46,960 nucleotides of DNA. Source: Candidatus Parcubacteria bacterium. GTDB taxonomy: Bacteria > Patescibacteriota > Patescibacteriia > CAIXNZ01. The position numbers were made by a program, and so were the translations under genes. Numbering within the stretch: the stretch's first letter is position 1; each line of letters starts with the position of its first letter. This document shows positions 28,143-38,000 of this stretch, piece by piece. The stretch is from the NCBI GenBank assembly GCA_026395755.1, contig JAPLYC010000073.1, positions 1-46,960 of the forward strand, in the 5' to 3' direction. Below the pieces are notes generated by a model that was given only the letters and a program-made list of their open reading frames with translations, was not told the DNA's origin and did no database searches.

Positions 28143-28622
28143 TTAACTGTCCTGGCCCCAATAGTTTTTATTGCCACTCAGCCAGGAAATGGATTTGGCA
28201 ATGCCACCTATGCCGAAGATGGCTCCTAGCCAACAGCCAATGCAGAAAATCAGGAGGATGAGCATTCTGCTGGCCAGGTACCAGTACTCGTGACAAAAGT
28301 AGTAAAGGCCCCAGCAGATAAAGAAAGCCGGCACCCCGAGGACGAGGTACATGACGGCTTTTCGGCTGTTGCGCGCTATGATGTAAAGGACGATGACGCC
28401 GATGCAGAGTAACAAGCCGATGAGGATCTTGCCGACTATATCCCAATGTTCATGGGCAAGATACAAAATGCCCCAGCAGATCAAAGCAGTAATACTGAAC
28501 AGAACGAAATACAGCACTGCTTTGCGGAGTTTCCCCGTAATCAGGGAAAGGACGATGACGTGGAAACCGATTAGTATCCAGTAGTACGGATTAAAAACAG
28601 AATGAACGATAATGTCCCACAT
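28143..28622 (-). CDS. Orphan multi-pass membrane protein with an internal duplication
   Basis: AAGGAGGT SD; consensus TTGACA-N17-TATAAT at 28708-28680; RKAV.Y.VL......ICWG..Y..HE.W.....ILI...CIG occurs twice. Confidence 0.75.
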   Translation of the reverse strand: MWDIIVHSVFNPYYWILIGFHVIVLSLITGKLRKAVLYFVLFSITALICWGILYLAHEHWDIVGKILIGLLLCIGVIVLYIIARNSRKAVMYLVLGVPAFFICWGLYYFCHEYWYLASRMLILLIFCIGCWLGAIFGIGGIAKSISWLSGNKNYWGQDS

Positions 28623-28723
28623 AATTACCTCCTTTTTTTATGGTCAATAGGTCAAAGTGATTGGATATTTCTTATTCAAATTATAGCACAAATTAAATAT
28701 TTTGTCAATATTAAAAAATAACC

Positions 28724-29053
28724 ATGTCTTTTATGGAAATAAAGCTAAATTTAGCCAATTTTGACGAAGAAGTGTTAAAAAGTCCGTATTTGGTATTAGT
28801 TGATTTTTGGGCAGAATGGTGCGGGCCATGTAAAATGATGGGGCCTGTACTTGAAGAGCTGGCTAAAGACTTTGAAAGTAAGGGCATTAAAATTACTAAA
28901 TGTAATGTGGATGAGAATAATGAGCTGGCTCAAAAGTATGAAATTATGTCTATTCCGGCTTTTAAAGTTTTCAAAGGGGGCACTGTTGTCGACGAATGGG
29001 TGGGAGCGCAGCCAAAGGACGCGATTAAGCAGAGACTTGAAAAATTAATGTAA
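28724..29053 (+). CDS. trxA: Thioredoxin
   Basis: VDFWAEWCGPCKMM. Confidence 0.97.
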   Translation: MSFMEIKLNLANFDEEVLKSPYLVLVDFWAEWCGPCKMMGPVLEELAKDFESKGIKITKCNVDENNELAQKYEIMSIPAFKVFKGGTVVDEWVGAQPKDAIKQRLEKLM

Positions 29054-29060
29054 TTTTATT

Positions 29061-29183
29061 AAATCACCAAGCATCAATAATCAATCATCAAACAATACCT
29101 AAAAGTTAAATTCTAATAACTTTTCGTTATTAATTATTTTAATTTATAATTTGTTTGATTATTGAAAATTGGTTATTGATTAT
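29061..29183. repeat. Heptamer-periodic (nnnnCAA/TTGnnnn) palindromic skeleton element
   Basis: Left arm ..ccaa gcatcaa taatcaa tcatcaaacaa.. mirrors right arm ttgtttgatta ttgaaaa ttggtta ttgatta. Confidence 0.7.
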
Positions 29184-29195
29184 TCTTCACTTATT

Positions 29196-30155
29196 ATGTC
29201 TGAAAATATTTTCGATCTCATTATAATCGGCGGCGGTCCTGCAGGCTTAACTGCGGGGATTTATGCTTCGCGCCGTAATTTGAATAATTTAATAATTACT
29301 AAAGACATTGGCGGTCAGGCCAGCACGACCAATTTCGTGGAAAATTACCCCGGCCATGAAAAGGTCGGAGGTTTTGAATTAATGCAAAAATTTCAAAAAC
29401 AGGCTGAAGGATTTGGCAGTCAGTTTAAATATGAAGAAGTTGCCCATGTCCAAAAAACAGCAGATAAATTTATAATCGATACAGTTTCTGGTAATCAATA
29501 TTCGGCTTTAGCTTTGATCTTAACTTTCGGCAAAACCCCCAGCAATTTAAATGTTCCGGGTGAAAAGGAATTTGCCGGCCGGGGAGTGTCTTATTGCGCC
29601 ACTTGTGACGGACCGCTATTTCGTAATAAAACAGTGGCTATCGTGGGGGGCGGCAGTGCAGCTTTGGAATCCGCTGATTACCTGGCGCAAATCTGTAAAA
29701 AAGTTTTTCTGATCCATCGCCGTAATGAATTTCGCGGTGAAGAAGTTTTAGTCAATCGGGTCAAGGGCTTAAAAAACGTGGCTATAATTTTAGGCAAAGT
29801 AATTGCCAAAATTTCAGGAGAAAAATTTGTTAAAACTGTTGAAATTGAAGATGTTGATACTAAAAAGAAAGAAGAATTGGCTGTTGACGGTATTTTTATT
29901 GAAATCGGCCATAGCGTTAACGCCACGCCCATCAAAGAAATTGTTAAGGTTAATGCCAATAATGAAATTATCGTGGATGTGGACTGCCAGACCAGCGAAA
30001 CAGGGATTTTTGCGGCCGGGGATGTAACCAATATTAAATACAAACAGATAGTAATTTCTGCCGGCGAAGGCGCGAAAGCGGCTTTGTCAGCTTATAAATA
30101 TATTCAGCGAATTAAAGGGAATAAAGAGCCGATTTTTGACTGGGGGAAAAAGTAA
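29196..30155 (+). CDS. trxB: Thioredoxin-disulfide reductase
   Basis: IIGGGPAGLTA, GVSYCATCDG, VGGGSAALE, GIFAAGDV; start trimmed to the ATG at 29196. Confidence 0.96.
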   Translation: MSENIFDLIIIGGGPAGLTAGIYASRRNLNNLIITKDIGGQASTTNFVENYPGHEKVGGFELMQKFQKQAEGFGSQFKYEEVAHVQKTADKFIIDTVSGNQYSALALILTFGKTPSNLNVPGEKEFAGRGVSYCATCDGPLFRNKTVAIVGGGSAALESADYLAQICKKVFLIHRRNEFRGEEVLVNRVKGLKNVAIILGKVIAKISGEKFVKTVEIEDVDTKKKEELAVDGIFIEIGHSVNATPIKEIVKVNANNEIIVDVDCQTSETGIFAAGDVTNIKYKQIVISAGEGAKAALSAYKYIQRIKGNKEPIFDWGKK

Positions 30156-30199
30156 GGCTAAGGGCTAAAATATAAATTTTAAATGTTGGAATATTTTTT

Positions 30200-30634
30200 A
30201 TGAGGATGAAGAAAATAATAGAAGTTTGCGCCTCCGCTATCATTTATTATAAGAATCGGTTCTTAGTGCTCTATGATCATAAATACCATCATTATGTTTT
30301 TGTTCAGGGTCATCAAAAACGAGGTGAATCCTTAAAACAGACGGTTTTACGAGAAGCCAAAGAGGAAACAGGATATTTAAATTTTAAGTGTTTAAAAAAG
30401 CTAGGGAAGTTTCAGTACTCTTTTAGGAAGGGAGAGGTTTTGATTACGAAAGTAATTAATTGCTATTTGTTACTATTAATTAATAAAGAAAAAGGTCGTG
30501 TTATTAAACTAGCACATGAAGATTTTACTACGCAGTTGATGCATTTTCAAAAGGCTAATCGGTTGTTAAAATGGAACAAAGATAAACAATATTTAATCAA
30601 CTCTAGAAATTATTTGAAAAATAATGAAGTCTGA
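30200..30634 (+). CDS. Nudix hydrolase
   Basis: Nudix box GHQKRGESLKQTVLREAKEETGY. Confidence 0.9.
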   Translation: MRMKKIIEVCASAIIYYKNRFLVLYDHKYHHYVFVQGHQKRGESLKQTVLREAKEETGYLNFKCLKKLGKFQYSFRKGEVLITKVINCYLLLLINKEKGRVIKLAHEDFTTQLMHFQKANRLLKWNKDKQYLINSRNYLKNNEV

Positions 30635-30645
30635 AGTTTGAAGTC

Positions 30646-31179
30646 CCAGCCTTCGCTCTGCGGAGCTACGGCCGACAGGCGAAGTTTGAAGGTTGAATAT
30701 AAAGTAAAATGGGGCTAAACGCCCTTTTTTATTTTATGAAAAACCGCCCCGTACCATCTTGTACAGGGCGTGAGCGTTTAGGGCGAAGCTCTTGGGATAG
30801 CGCATTATAATACGATGAATAAATAAAAATCGTTTATTAAAGAAAAAGCTTTTGAACTAAAATTCAATAACTTCCGCCTTCGGCGACTTACTTTTTTATA
30901 ACTGAAAAAGTAAGCAAAAAAGTTTTGGGGGCCCTCAATGCGCTAGTGCATATGGGTTTGTTCGTAGCATTGATAGCGACGCTTATTCGGCCCCCCAAAC
31001 CCCCAGGGAGGGTTGAAAAACGGTAATTGCGATAATATTAATTAAAACGTAACGCGGGCGTAGCCTACAAGATAACTACCGCCGGCTATTTTGCCGGCGG
31101 TAGTTTGTTTGGACTTTTTTTAATTATAAGATAAAATGGAATTAAGGAATTCCGCCAAAGGCGGATCAGCCTTCGGCTG
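30646..31179. repeat. Cluster of REP-like hairpins
   Basis: CCTTCGCTCTGCGGAGCTACGG (related copy at ~31607-31648); CTTACTTTTT/AAAAAGTAAG; TTTGGGGGCC/GGCCCCCCAAA; AACTACCGCCGGC/GCCGGCGGTAGTT; TCCGCC-aaa-GGCGGA next to TCAGCC-TTC-GGCTGA. Confidence 0.6.
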
Positions 31180-31197
31180 AAAGGATTAAGCAAAAAT

Positions 31198-31596
31198 ATG
31201 ACTGAGGATAAATCGCAGGAATTTATTAATAGGGATTTTATTTATGCCATTGTGGGCGCCACCAATAATCAGGAGAAATATGGTTATAAGGTTTTGGTTG
31301 ATTTGAAACAAAAGGGGTACAAGGTGGTGCCTATTAATCCTAAATATCAGGAGGTGGCAGGCTTGATCTGTTATCCCGCTTTAGTTTCATTGGATGAAAG
31401 GCCTGATGTTGTGGTATTAGTATTAGGTGAGGCCAATGCCCTAAAAATTGTGCAGAATTGCATTGATTCTGCTTTAAATAAACTTTGGTTTCAACCCGGA
31501 TCTGAATATGACGAGGCAGTTAGCCTCGCTAAATCAGCCGGATTAGATATAATCACGGGTAAGTGCATCATGGAAGAGACAGATAAGACTACCTAA
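31198..31596 (+). CDS. CoA-binding domain protein (YccU-like)
   Basis: YAIVGATNNQEKYGY...VVPINP...LWFQPG...CIM. Confidence 0.9.
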   Translation: MTEDKSQEFINRDFIYAIVGATNNQEKYGYKVLVDLKQKGYKVVPINPKYQEVAGLICYPALVSLDERPDVVVLVLGEANALKIVQNCIDSALNKLWFQPGSEYDEAVSLAKSAGLDIITGKCIMEETDKTT

Positions 31597-31655
31597 AAAG
31601 ATGAAAGCCTGCCTACGTTCATCTTCGATGAGCTACGGAGGGCAAGGAGGGGAAA

Positions 31656-32162
31656 ATGGATGCAACAAAGCATTGCTTTGTGGTGCAGGGCAGGGTCTGT
31701 TTTCCCTCCGGGGAAATTGATCCTGACAATTGTACCTTGGCTGACTTTCGATCTATTGTCGGCCGAGGTCCGCTGACATTTTCAGGGGAAAGATCAAATC
31801 AACTGATATTTCCTCATGTGCTGGGCAATTTAAGTCTTTTTTTCCTGCCTGATGAGGAAATAGACGAACAGGCTAAAGTGCAGATGTTCTGGATTCAGCT
31901 TAAGGAAAAAATTCCCCTGGGGCAATTAATCAGGCAGTATAAAATACAGCCCAAGTTAATTGTCCAGGAAGTCGATGACGGCAGCGGCGGATCAGAAATG
32001 GTTTACACTGCCTTATTCAGCCCGACTTTCGGGGTGGAATTTGATCTGCAGACAAAGCTGGTCAGCACGTATGTCTTTGCCAATATGAGTCATGTGCTAA
32101 ATTGTCCCTGCCCTAGTTGCACTTTGGTCAGGCAGCAATTTGGCCTGCCTCATACGGCTTAA
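31656..32162 (+). CDS. Orphan protein with a C-terminal CPCPSC motif
   Basis: AAGGAGGGG SD; terminator-like hairpin at 32170-32197. Confidence 0.65.
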   Translation: MDATKHCFVVQGRVCFPSGEIDPDNCTLADFRSIVGRGPLTFSGERSNQLIFPHVLGNLSLFFLPDEEIDEQAKVQMFWIQLKEKIPLGQLIRQYKIQPKLIVQEVDDGSGGSEMVYTALFSPTFGVEFDLQTKLVSTYVFANMSHVLNCPCPSCTLVRQQFGLPHTA

Positions 32163-32305
32163 ACAAACTAATCACCCTTGCACTGCGAGGGTGATTTAAA
32201 TTTGAAAAAAATACTGATTTGATGTAAGATTAAAGCAAATTTAAAGTAAAATTAGCTAATAGCATATGGCGTAAGTCATATAGCTATTGGCCATAAGTAA
32301 AAAAT

Positions 32306-34729
32306 ATGAAGACATACAACCCGGGGGAAATTGAACCCAAGTGGCAAAAATACTGGGAGGATAATAAATTACACCAGGCCGAGGACTTTTCCAAGAAGCC
32401 CAAGTATTTTTGTATGATTGAATTTCCATATCCGTCAGGCGAGGGCTTGCATGTGGGGCATCCGCGTCCTTATATTGCCTTGGATATTTTAGCGCATAAA
32501 AGGAGGATGCAGGGCTTTAATGTTTTATATCCGATCGGCTGGGACGCGTTTGGTTTGCCGGCGGAAAATTATGCGATTAAGACCCAGACTCACCCCAAAA
32601 TTTCCACGGCTAAAAATATTGCCAATTTTACCAGGCAGATAAAATCCCTGGGATTGTCTTTTGATTGGACGCGGGAAATTAATACTACAGACCCCGGGTA
32701 TTATAAATGGACCCAATGGATTTTTTTGCAATTATATAAAAAAAATCTGGCGTATAAATCAAAAATGGATATTAATTGGTGCCCCAAATGTAATATCGGC
32801 TTGGCTAACGAGGAAGTGGTCAACGGCAAATGCGAGCGTTGCGGCGGGGAGGTCATCCGTAAAGAAAGGGAACAGTGGATGCTGAAAATTACCGAATACG
32901 CCGATCGCTTAATAGCTGATTTGGATACGGTAGATTATTTGCCTAAAATAAAAAAACAGCAAATTGACTGGATCGGAAAAAGCTATGGCGCCCAGGTTGT
33001 TTTTAAAATTAAAAGTAAAACCATGCTTAAAGGCGAACACATGTATGATTTGGCGGTCTATACGACCAGGCCTGATACTTTATTCGGCTGTACTTATATG
33101 TGTGTGGCGCCGGAGCATGAATTGATTGATAAATTTAGAGATCAAATTGATAATTATAACGATGTCTTGGATTATCGCGAACAGACTAAGCACAAAACAG
33201 AATTCGAAAGGTCAAATTTGGAAAAAACCAAAACCGGCATTGAATTAGCTGGTTTAAAAGCTATTAATCCGGTTAGTGGCGAGGAAATTCCGATATTTTC
33301 CGCTGATTATGTTTTGGCTTCTTATGGCACCGGCGCCATTATGGCGGTACCGGCTCATGATCAGCGCGATTATGATTTTGCTAAAAAATTTGATTTGGTG
33401 GTCAAGGAAGTAATTTCCGGCGGGGATATCAGTAAAGAAGCCTGGATCGGTGAGGGCGAATTAGTAAATTCAAATTTTCTTAACGGGTTAGAAGTTGCTC
33501 AGGCCACCGGTAAAATTATCTCCTGGCTGGAACAAAAAAAAGTTGGTTTCGGCACAACCAATTATCATTTACGTGACTGGATTTTCTCCCGTCAGCATTA
33601 TTGGGGGGAACCAATACCGATTATTATTTGTCCGCATTGCGGTCAGGTTCCGGTTGATGAAAAAGATTTACCCGTGCTTTTACCTGAAGTTGAAAATTAT
33701 CACCCGACTGATACCGGCGATTCTCCTTTGGCTTTAATTTCCGACTGGGTTAACGTACCTTGTCCCAAATGCGGGGAAGATGCCAGGCGCGAAACCGATA
33801 CTATGCCTCAATGGGCAGGCTCATCCTGGTATTTTTTGCGTTACCTTGATCCGCATAACGACAAGGCTTTGGCTGATCCGAAAAAATTAAAATACTGGAC
33901 TCCTGTTGATTGGTACAATGGCGGTATGGAACATACAACTTTGCATTTATTGTATTCCCGTTTTTGGCACAAATTTTTATATGACATTAAAGTCGTACCG
34001 ACTTCTGAACCCTATGCGAAACGCACTTCTCACGGTTTAATTTTAGGTGAAGACGGCGAGAAAATGTCAAAGTCACGTGGCAATGTGGTTAATCCTGACA
34101 GCGTAGTCAAAGAATATGGCGCTGATTCATTGCGCGTATATGAAATGTTTATCGGTCCCTTTGATCAGCCGACACCCTGGAGCACCCAAGGGGTGGTTGG
34201 CGTGCGCCGGTTTATAGAAAAAGTCTGGCAGATTGGTACTAATTTGGATAAAATAGCCAGAACCGACGACGACGATTTGGTCAGGTTGTTTCATAAAACT
34301 ATCAAGCAGGTGACTGAACAAATTGAATCTTTGGATTTGAATACTTGCGTGTCTTCGTTTATGATTTTGGCCAATAAATTTAGCGAAGAAGGCTGTAATC
34401 AGGAAATTTTTGAACAATTTTTAAAAATATTTGCGCCGTTTGCTCCGCATTTTTGCGAAGAGCTCTGGCATAATTTGGATCATAAAAAATCTATTTTTCT
34501 GGAAAAGTGGCCCGAGTATAATGCCGAGCTGATTAGAATGTCAGCCATTGAAATCGGCGTGCAAATAAATGGTAAAATGCGCTCCAAGATTTTTGTGACT
34601 GAAGATATGAATGAGGCTGAAATAAAAAAAGTTGTTTTAGCTGATGAAAAAGTTAGAAAATGGATGGAAGGTTCTGAAGTTAAAAAATTCATTTACGTGC
34701 CGGGGAAAATTGTGAACATTGTGATATGA
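32306..34729 (+). CDS. leuS: Leucyl-tRNA synthetase
   Basis: FPYPSGEGLHVGH (HIGH), YTTRPDTLFG editing domain, KMSKS. Confidence 0.98.
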   Translation: MKTYNPGEIEPKWQKYWEDNKLHQAEDFSKKPKYFCMIEFPYPSGEGLHVGHPRPYIALDILAHKRRMQGFNVLYPIGWDAFGLPAENYAIKTQTHPKISTAKNIANFTRQIKSLGLSFDWTREINTTDPGYYKWTQWIFLQLYKKNLAYKSKMDINWCPKCNIGLANEEVVNGKCERCGGEVIRKEREQWMLKITEYADRLIADLDTVDYLPKIKKQQIDWIGKSYGAQVVFKIKSKTMLKGEHMYDLAVYTTRPDTLFGCTYMCVAPEHELIDKFRDQIDNYNDVLDYREQTKHKTEFERSNLEKTKTGIELAGLKAINPVSGEEIPIFSADYVLASYGTGAIMAVPAHDQRDYDFAKKFDLVVKEVISGGDISKEAWIGEGELVNSNFLNGLEVAQATGKIISWLEQKKVGFGTTNYHLRDWIFSRQHYWGEPIPIIICPHCGQVPVDEKDLPVLLPEVENYHPTDTGDSPLALISDWVNVPCPKCGEDARRETDTMPQWAGSSWYFLRYLDPHNDKALADPKKLKYWTPVDWYNGGMEHTTLHLLYSRFWHKFLYDIKVVPTSEPYAKRTSHGLILGEDGEKMSKSRGNVVNPDSVVKEYGADSLRVYEMFIGPFDQPTPWSTQGVVGVRRFIEKVWQIGTNLDKIARTDDDDLVRLFHKTIKQVTEQIESLDLNTCVSSFMILANKFSEEGCNQEIFEQFLKIFAPFAPHFCEELWHNLDHKKSIFLEKWPEYNAELIRMSAIEIGVQINGKMRSKIFVTEDMNEAEIKKVVLADEKVRKWMEGSEVKKFIYVPGKIVNIVI

Positions 34730-35010
34730 GGCTGAGCTGCAAAGCGACATCCTGCAATGTGGAAAACCCGATGTCCGATTGTTTAAAATTTAGTCTGATT
34801 ATAAATAAAAATCCTTCGTGAAATGGGTTTTTATTTTTGGCATTTTTGGAAGTAGCTTTTTTTAGCTAAATTCGTTACAATATAACCAGATTAAGCTTAA
34901 AAGCCTGGCGCATGTTAAGACAAGGTTCAACTATTATTTTAATTACAATTTCTATATTCTAGAAACGTTTTTGACGTTTCTTTTTTTAATAATAAATCTA
35001 TGGAAAAAAT

Positions 35011-38000
35011 ATGGATTTAAAGCTTAAAAATACCCGTTGCTGGCACGAATTAATTAATAAAAAATTTGTAGCGGTTTATATTGCTTTGGTCCTGGTGTTA
35101 TTAATTAACCAGGTGGTGTTCACTGTCTTATTAAAGGATAGGGAGACGGCAAAAGCTGCAACTCCGCCTGCGTTTACTTTAAAGGTAAAGCAACTTAATG
35201 GTGTCGGAGCCAACGCCAAAATAATGGTTGATTTTGATCAGAATGTTTATACTACTTTCGGCTCAAGCGGAGCTTTGAATAATGTTGATCCTGACATGGT
35301 GGAAGGTGGCGGTAGTGCTGGACTATCAATTATTGCAATTGATCATATAGCTGGTACCAGGGTGGCGATTTTAACTACAAGTGCAGATTTAAATGTAACG
35401 GTTCCTAATCAAGTTTTGATATCATGTAATGCTGATCAGGTTTATAATTCTTCTAACCAAAAATGTTTTCAGACAGGAACAGATGTTAACGCTGCCGCAA
35501 CTGATCTTATAGCGCCGACCTTAAGTAATTGGGACTTAGATATGAATGCCGGCACTTTAGCATTAAATTTTTCAGAACCAATGGATTTTACATTTGATTT
35601 TGATGAAACACTATTAACAATCGAGGATGCGACTGCGGCTACTTTCTATACTTTAACGGATAGCATTGGCAGCTGGACTGCTCCCGGTGTTTTTACGGTA
35701 ACTTTATCTCCCGCTGATATTAATCAGATTAAAGCCATTAGTGGATTAGCTGAAAATATGGGTAATTCATATTTAACAATTACTGATATAAGCGGTCTTA
35801 AGGATGCTGTACAAAATGACATGGTAGCCGGAGTAAATGGCGTTCAAGTTAATATTTATACAGCAGACACAACACTGCCGACAGTTAGTGGCAATAATTT
35901 ACACACAGATTTTTCAGGCTGCACAGCGCCTAATTTATGTTTGGCAACTGAAGCCATAATTTTTACTTGGGATAATGGTGCCGGAGGAGATAATCCTACC
36001 GGTTATAATGGAGACCTTTCTTCAGTTTCCGCCGAGCTAAACCATTTTAGCGGTAGCGCTTCGCAATCGTTTTATGATGATGGTACTCACGGCGATTTAG
36101 CGGCAGGAGATGGCATTTGGTCGTATGCTCTAGCTGTTTCTTCAACTGGTGACTATAGCGATATTTTATTTTATATCAGGGTCGCTGACTATGCTGGCAA
36201 TTTAAGCCTCCCCCAATGCGGCAGGGAAATAGTTTGCGCCTGCGGCGACAAGGTGATAGCGGATTACACTTTTGGCGCTGACCTTGACTGTCTAACGGGC
36301 GGTGATGGATTAGTCATAGATAAAGACGGGATCACTATTGATGGCGGTAATCATACAATTACCGGCACATATGCCACCCCTGGTACGGATTTAATAACGG
36401 GGCAGCATGGCATTATAAATATTGACCATAGCAATATCACTATCAGGAATTTAATAATTAAGGACTTTTTCTACGGCATTGCCGAAGGCGGTCTTACGGG
36501 GGCGTTATCTAATATTACTATTCAGGATAGCAGTGTAATCAATACCACAAAATATGCAATTTCTTTCATATTTCCAATCGGGATTGTTATTGCTAACAGC
36601 GATACAAATATAATTTCAGGGACTACTGTGACTGGCTATTCCACTGCAATAGGTATGCTGGCTACCGCAAACAATAATATTTCCTCGAATATTGTTAGTA
36701 CCAACGGTATTGGCATCGATTTATCCGGAGGTATTTTACCTGGTGCTCTTTCGTTTAATTCAACCATTGCTAATAATACTATTAAGCTGTCTAATACATC
36801 GGCATTAAAAATTCCGCAGATTGTAGCTGACTCGACTGTTACTATTTCAGGCAACACTTTTTTATACAATCGACTTGATATAGAAAACGCTGTGGATGGT
36901 GCTGGTGTGAGTTATAATTATTCTAATAACCATTCTTCACACAATATTAATAACAGAATGATAAATTTTGCCGCAGAACCGGTCACTAATTTACAGCTGG
37001 GTGTGGATACTGCCAATTTTGTTTTTGATATGAGAGACGAGGCCGGCCTTGCCTGCCCCGCTCCCGGTTGCACATATAATATTGTAACCAGCCCGTCGGA
37101 AGTAATTACAATTACTCCTGCCGGCAGTTCTATCTCCGGCAGTTTTACGCCGACAAAATACGGCATTTATACTTTACAGATTACAGTTACTGATAGTAAT
37201 GGAAATGTTGGGAAAAGAAATATACCATTTTATGTATATTCCGTGGGCGGAGCAAACGATTTGGCAACAGCAGAAACTACTTATTATTTTAGACCGGGAG
37301 TTGATTCGACTCATGGTCAATCTAAAGGAGCAGACGCACGTTCATTGTTGCTTACTCCGCCGACAGCAATTGAAACAGAACAATGCTCTCAGTGGGTAAT
37401 AAATTTTATTGATGAGCTTCCCGACTATCCGTTTGGCGCAATTACTCAGCAAGATTTTAATTTCTGGGGCAAATCGGCAGGACATTCTTTTTCTTATTTA
37501 TTTAGATTCTGGAATTCAAATCAGTATGTACAGAATGATATTGGTGCTTATGGAGCTTATACATATCTAGACACAAATTTTAGCGGTTTAACTTGGAATA
37601 TGGAATATCCTTATTCGTGGTATCATTCGGTTTTTGAATATGGCAAGCCTTTTCTTACAAATAATAACCCCTATATTACGTCACAAGTGACTCAAGTGCC
37701 TCCCGATCCGTTTAGCACCGCCACGATTACTCACACTTATACCACTACTCCTGCGGTTAAATATTTTTCCAATTCTGATGTCTTGCTTCTGGCAGCCAAT
37801 CCCTCTGCGCCTGGTTCAGCGTTGGCCACCCTTGTTTTAGACGGCACATATGCTTCAGACAATTCAATTAATGTAACTTTGGCTAACTATAAGTATCCCT
37901 TTAGTGCTGAAATAACCAGAATAGATTCTGACGGCACAGCTACCCTAATGGCAAGTAACGTTACCACTATAACCACTTTTAATTCAGTTAATATGGAGTT

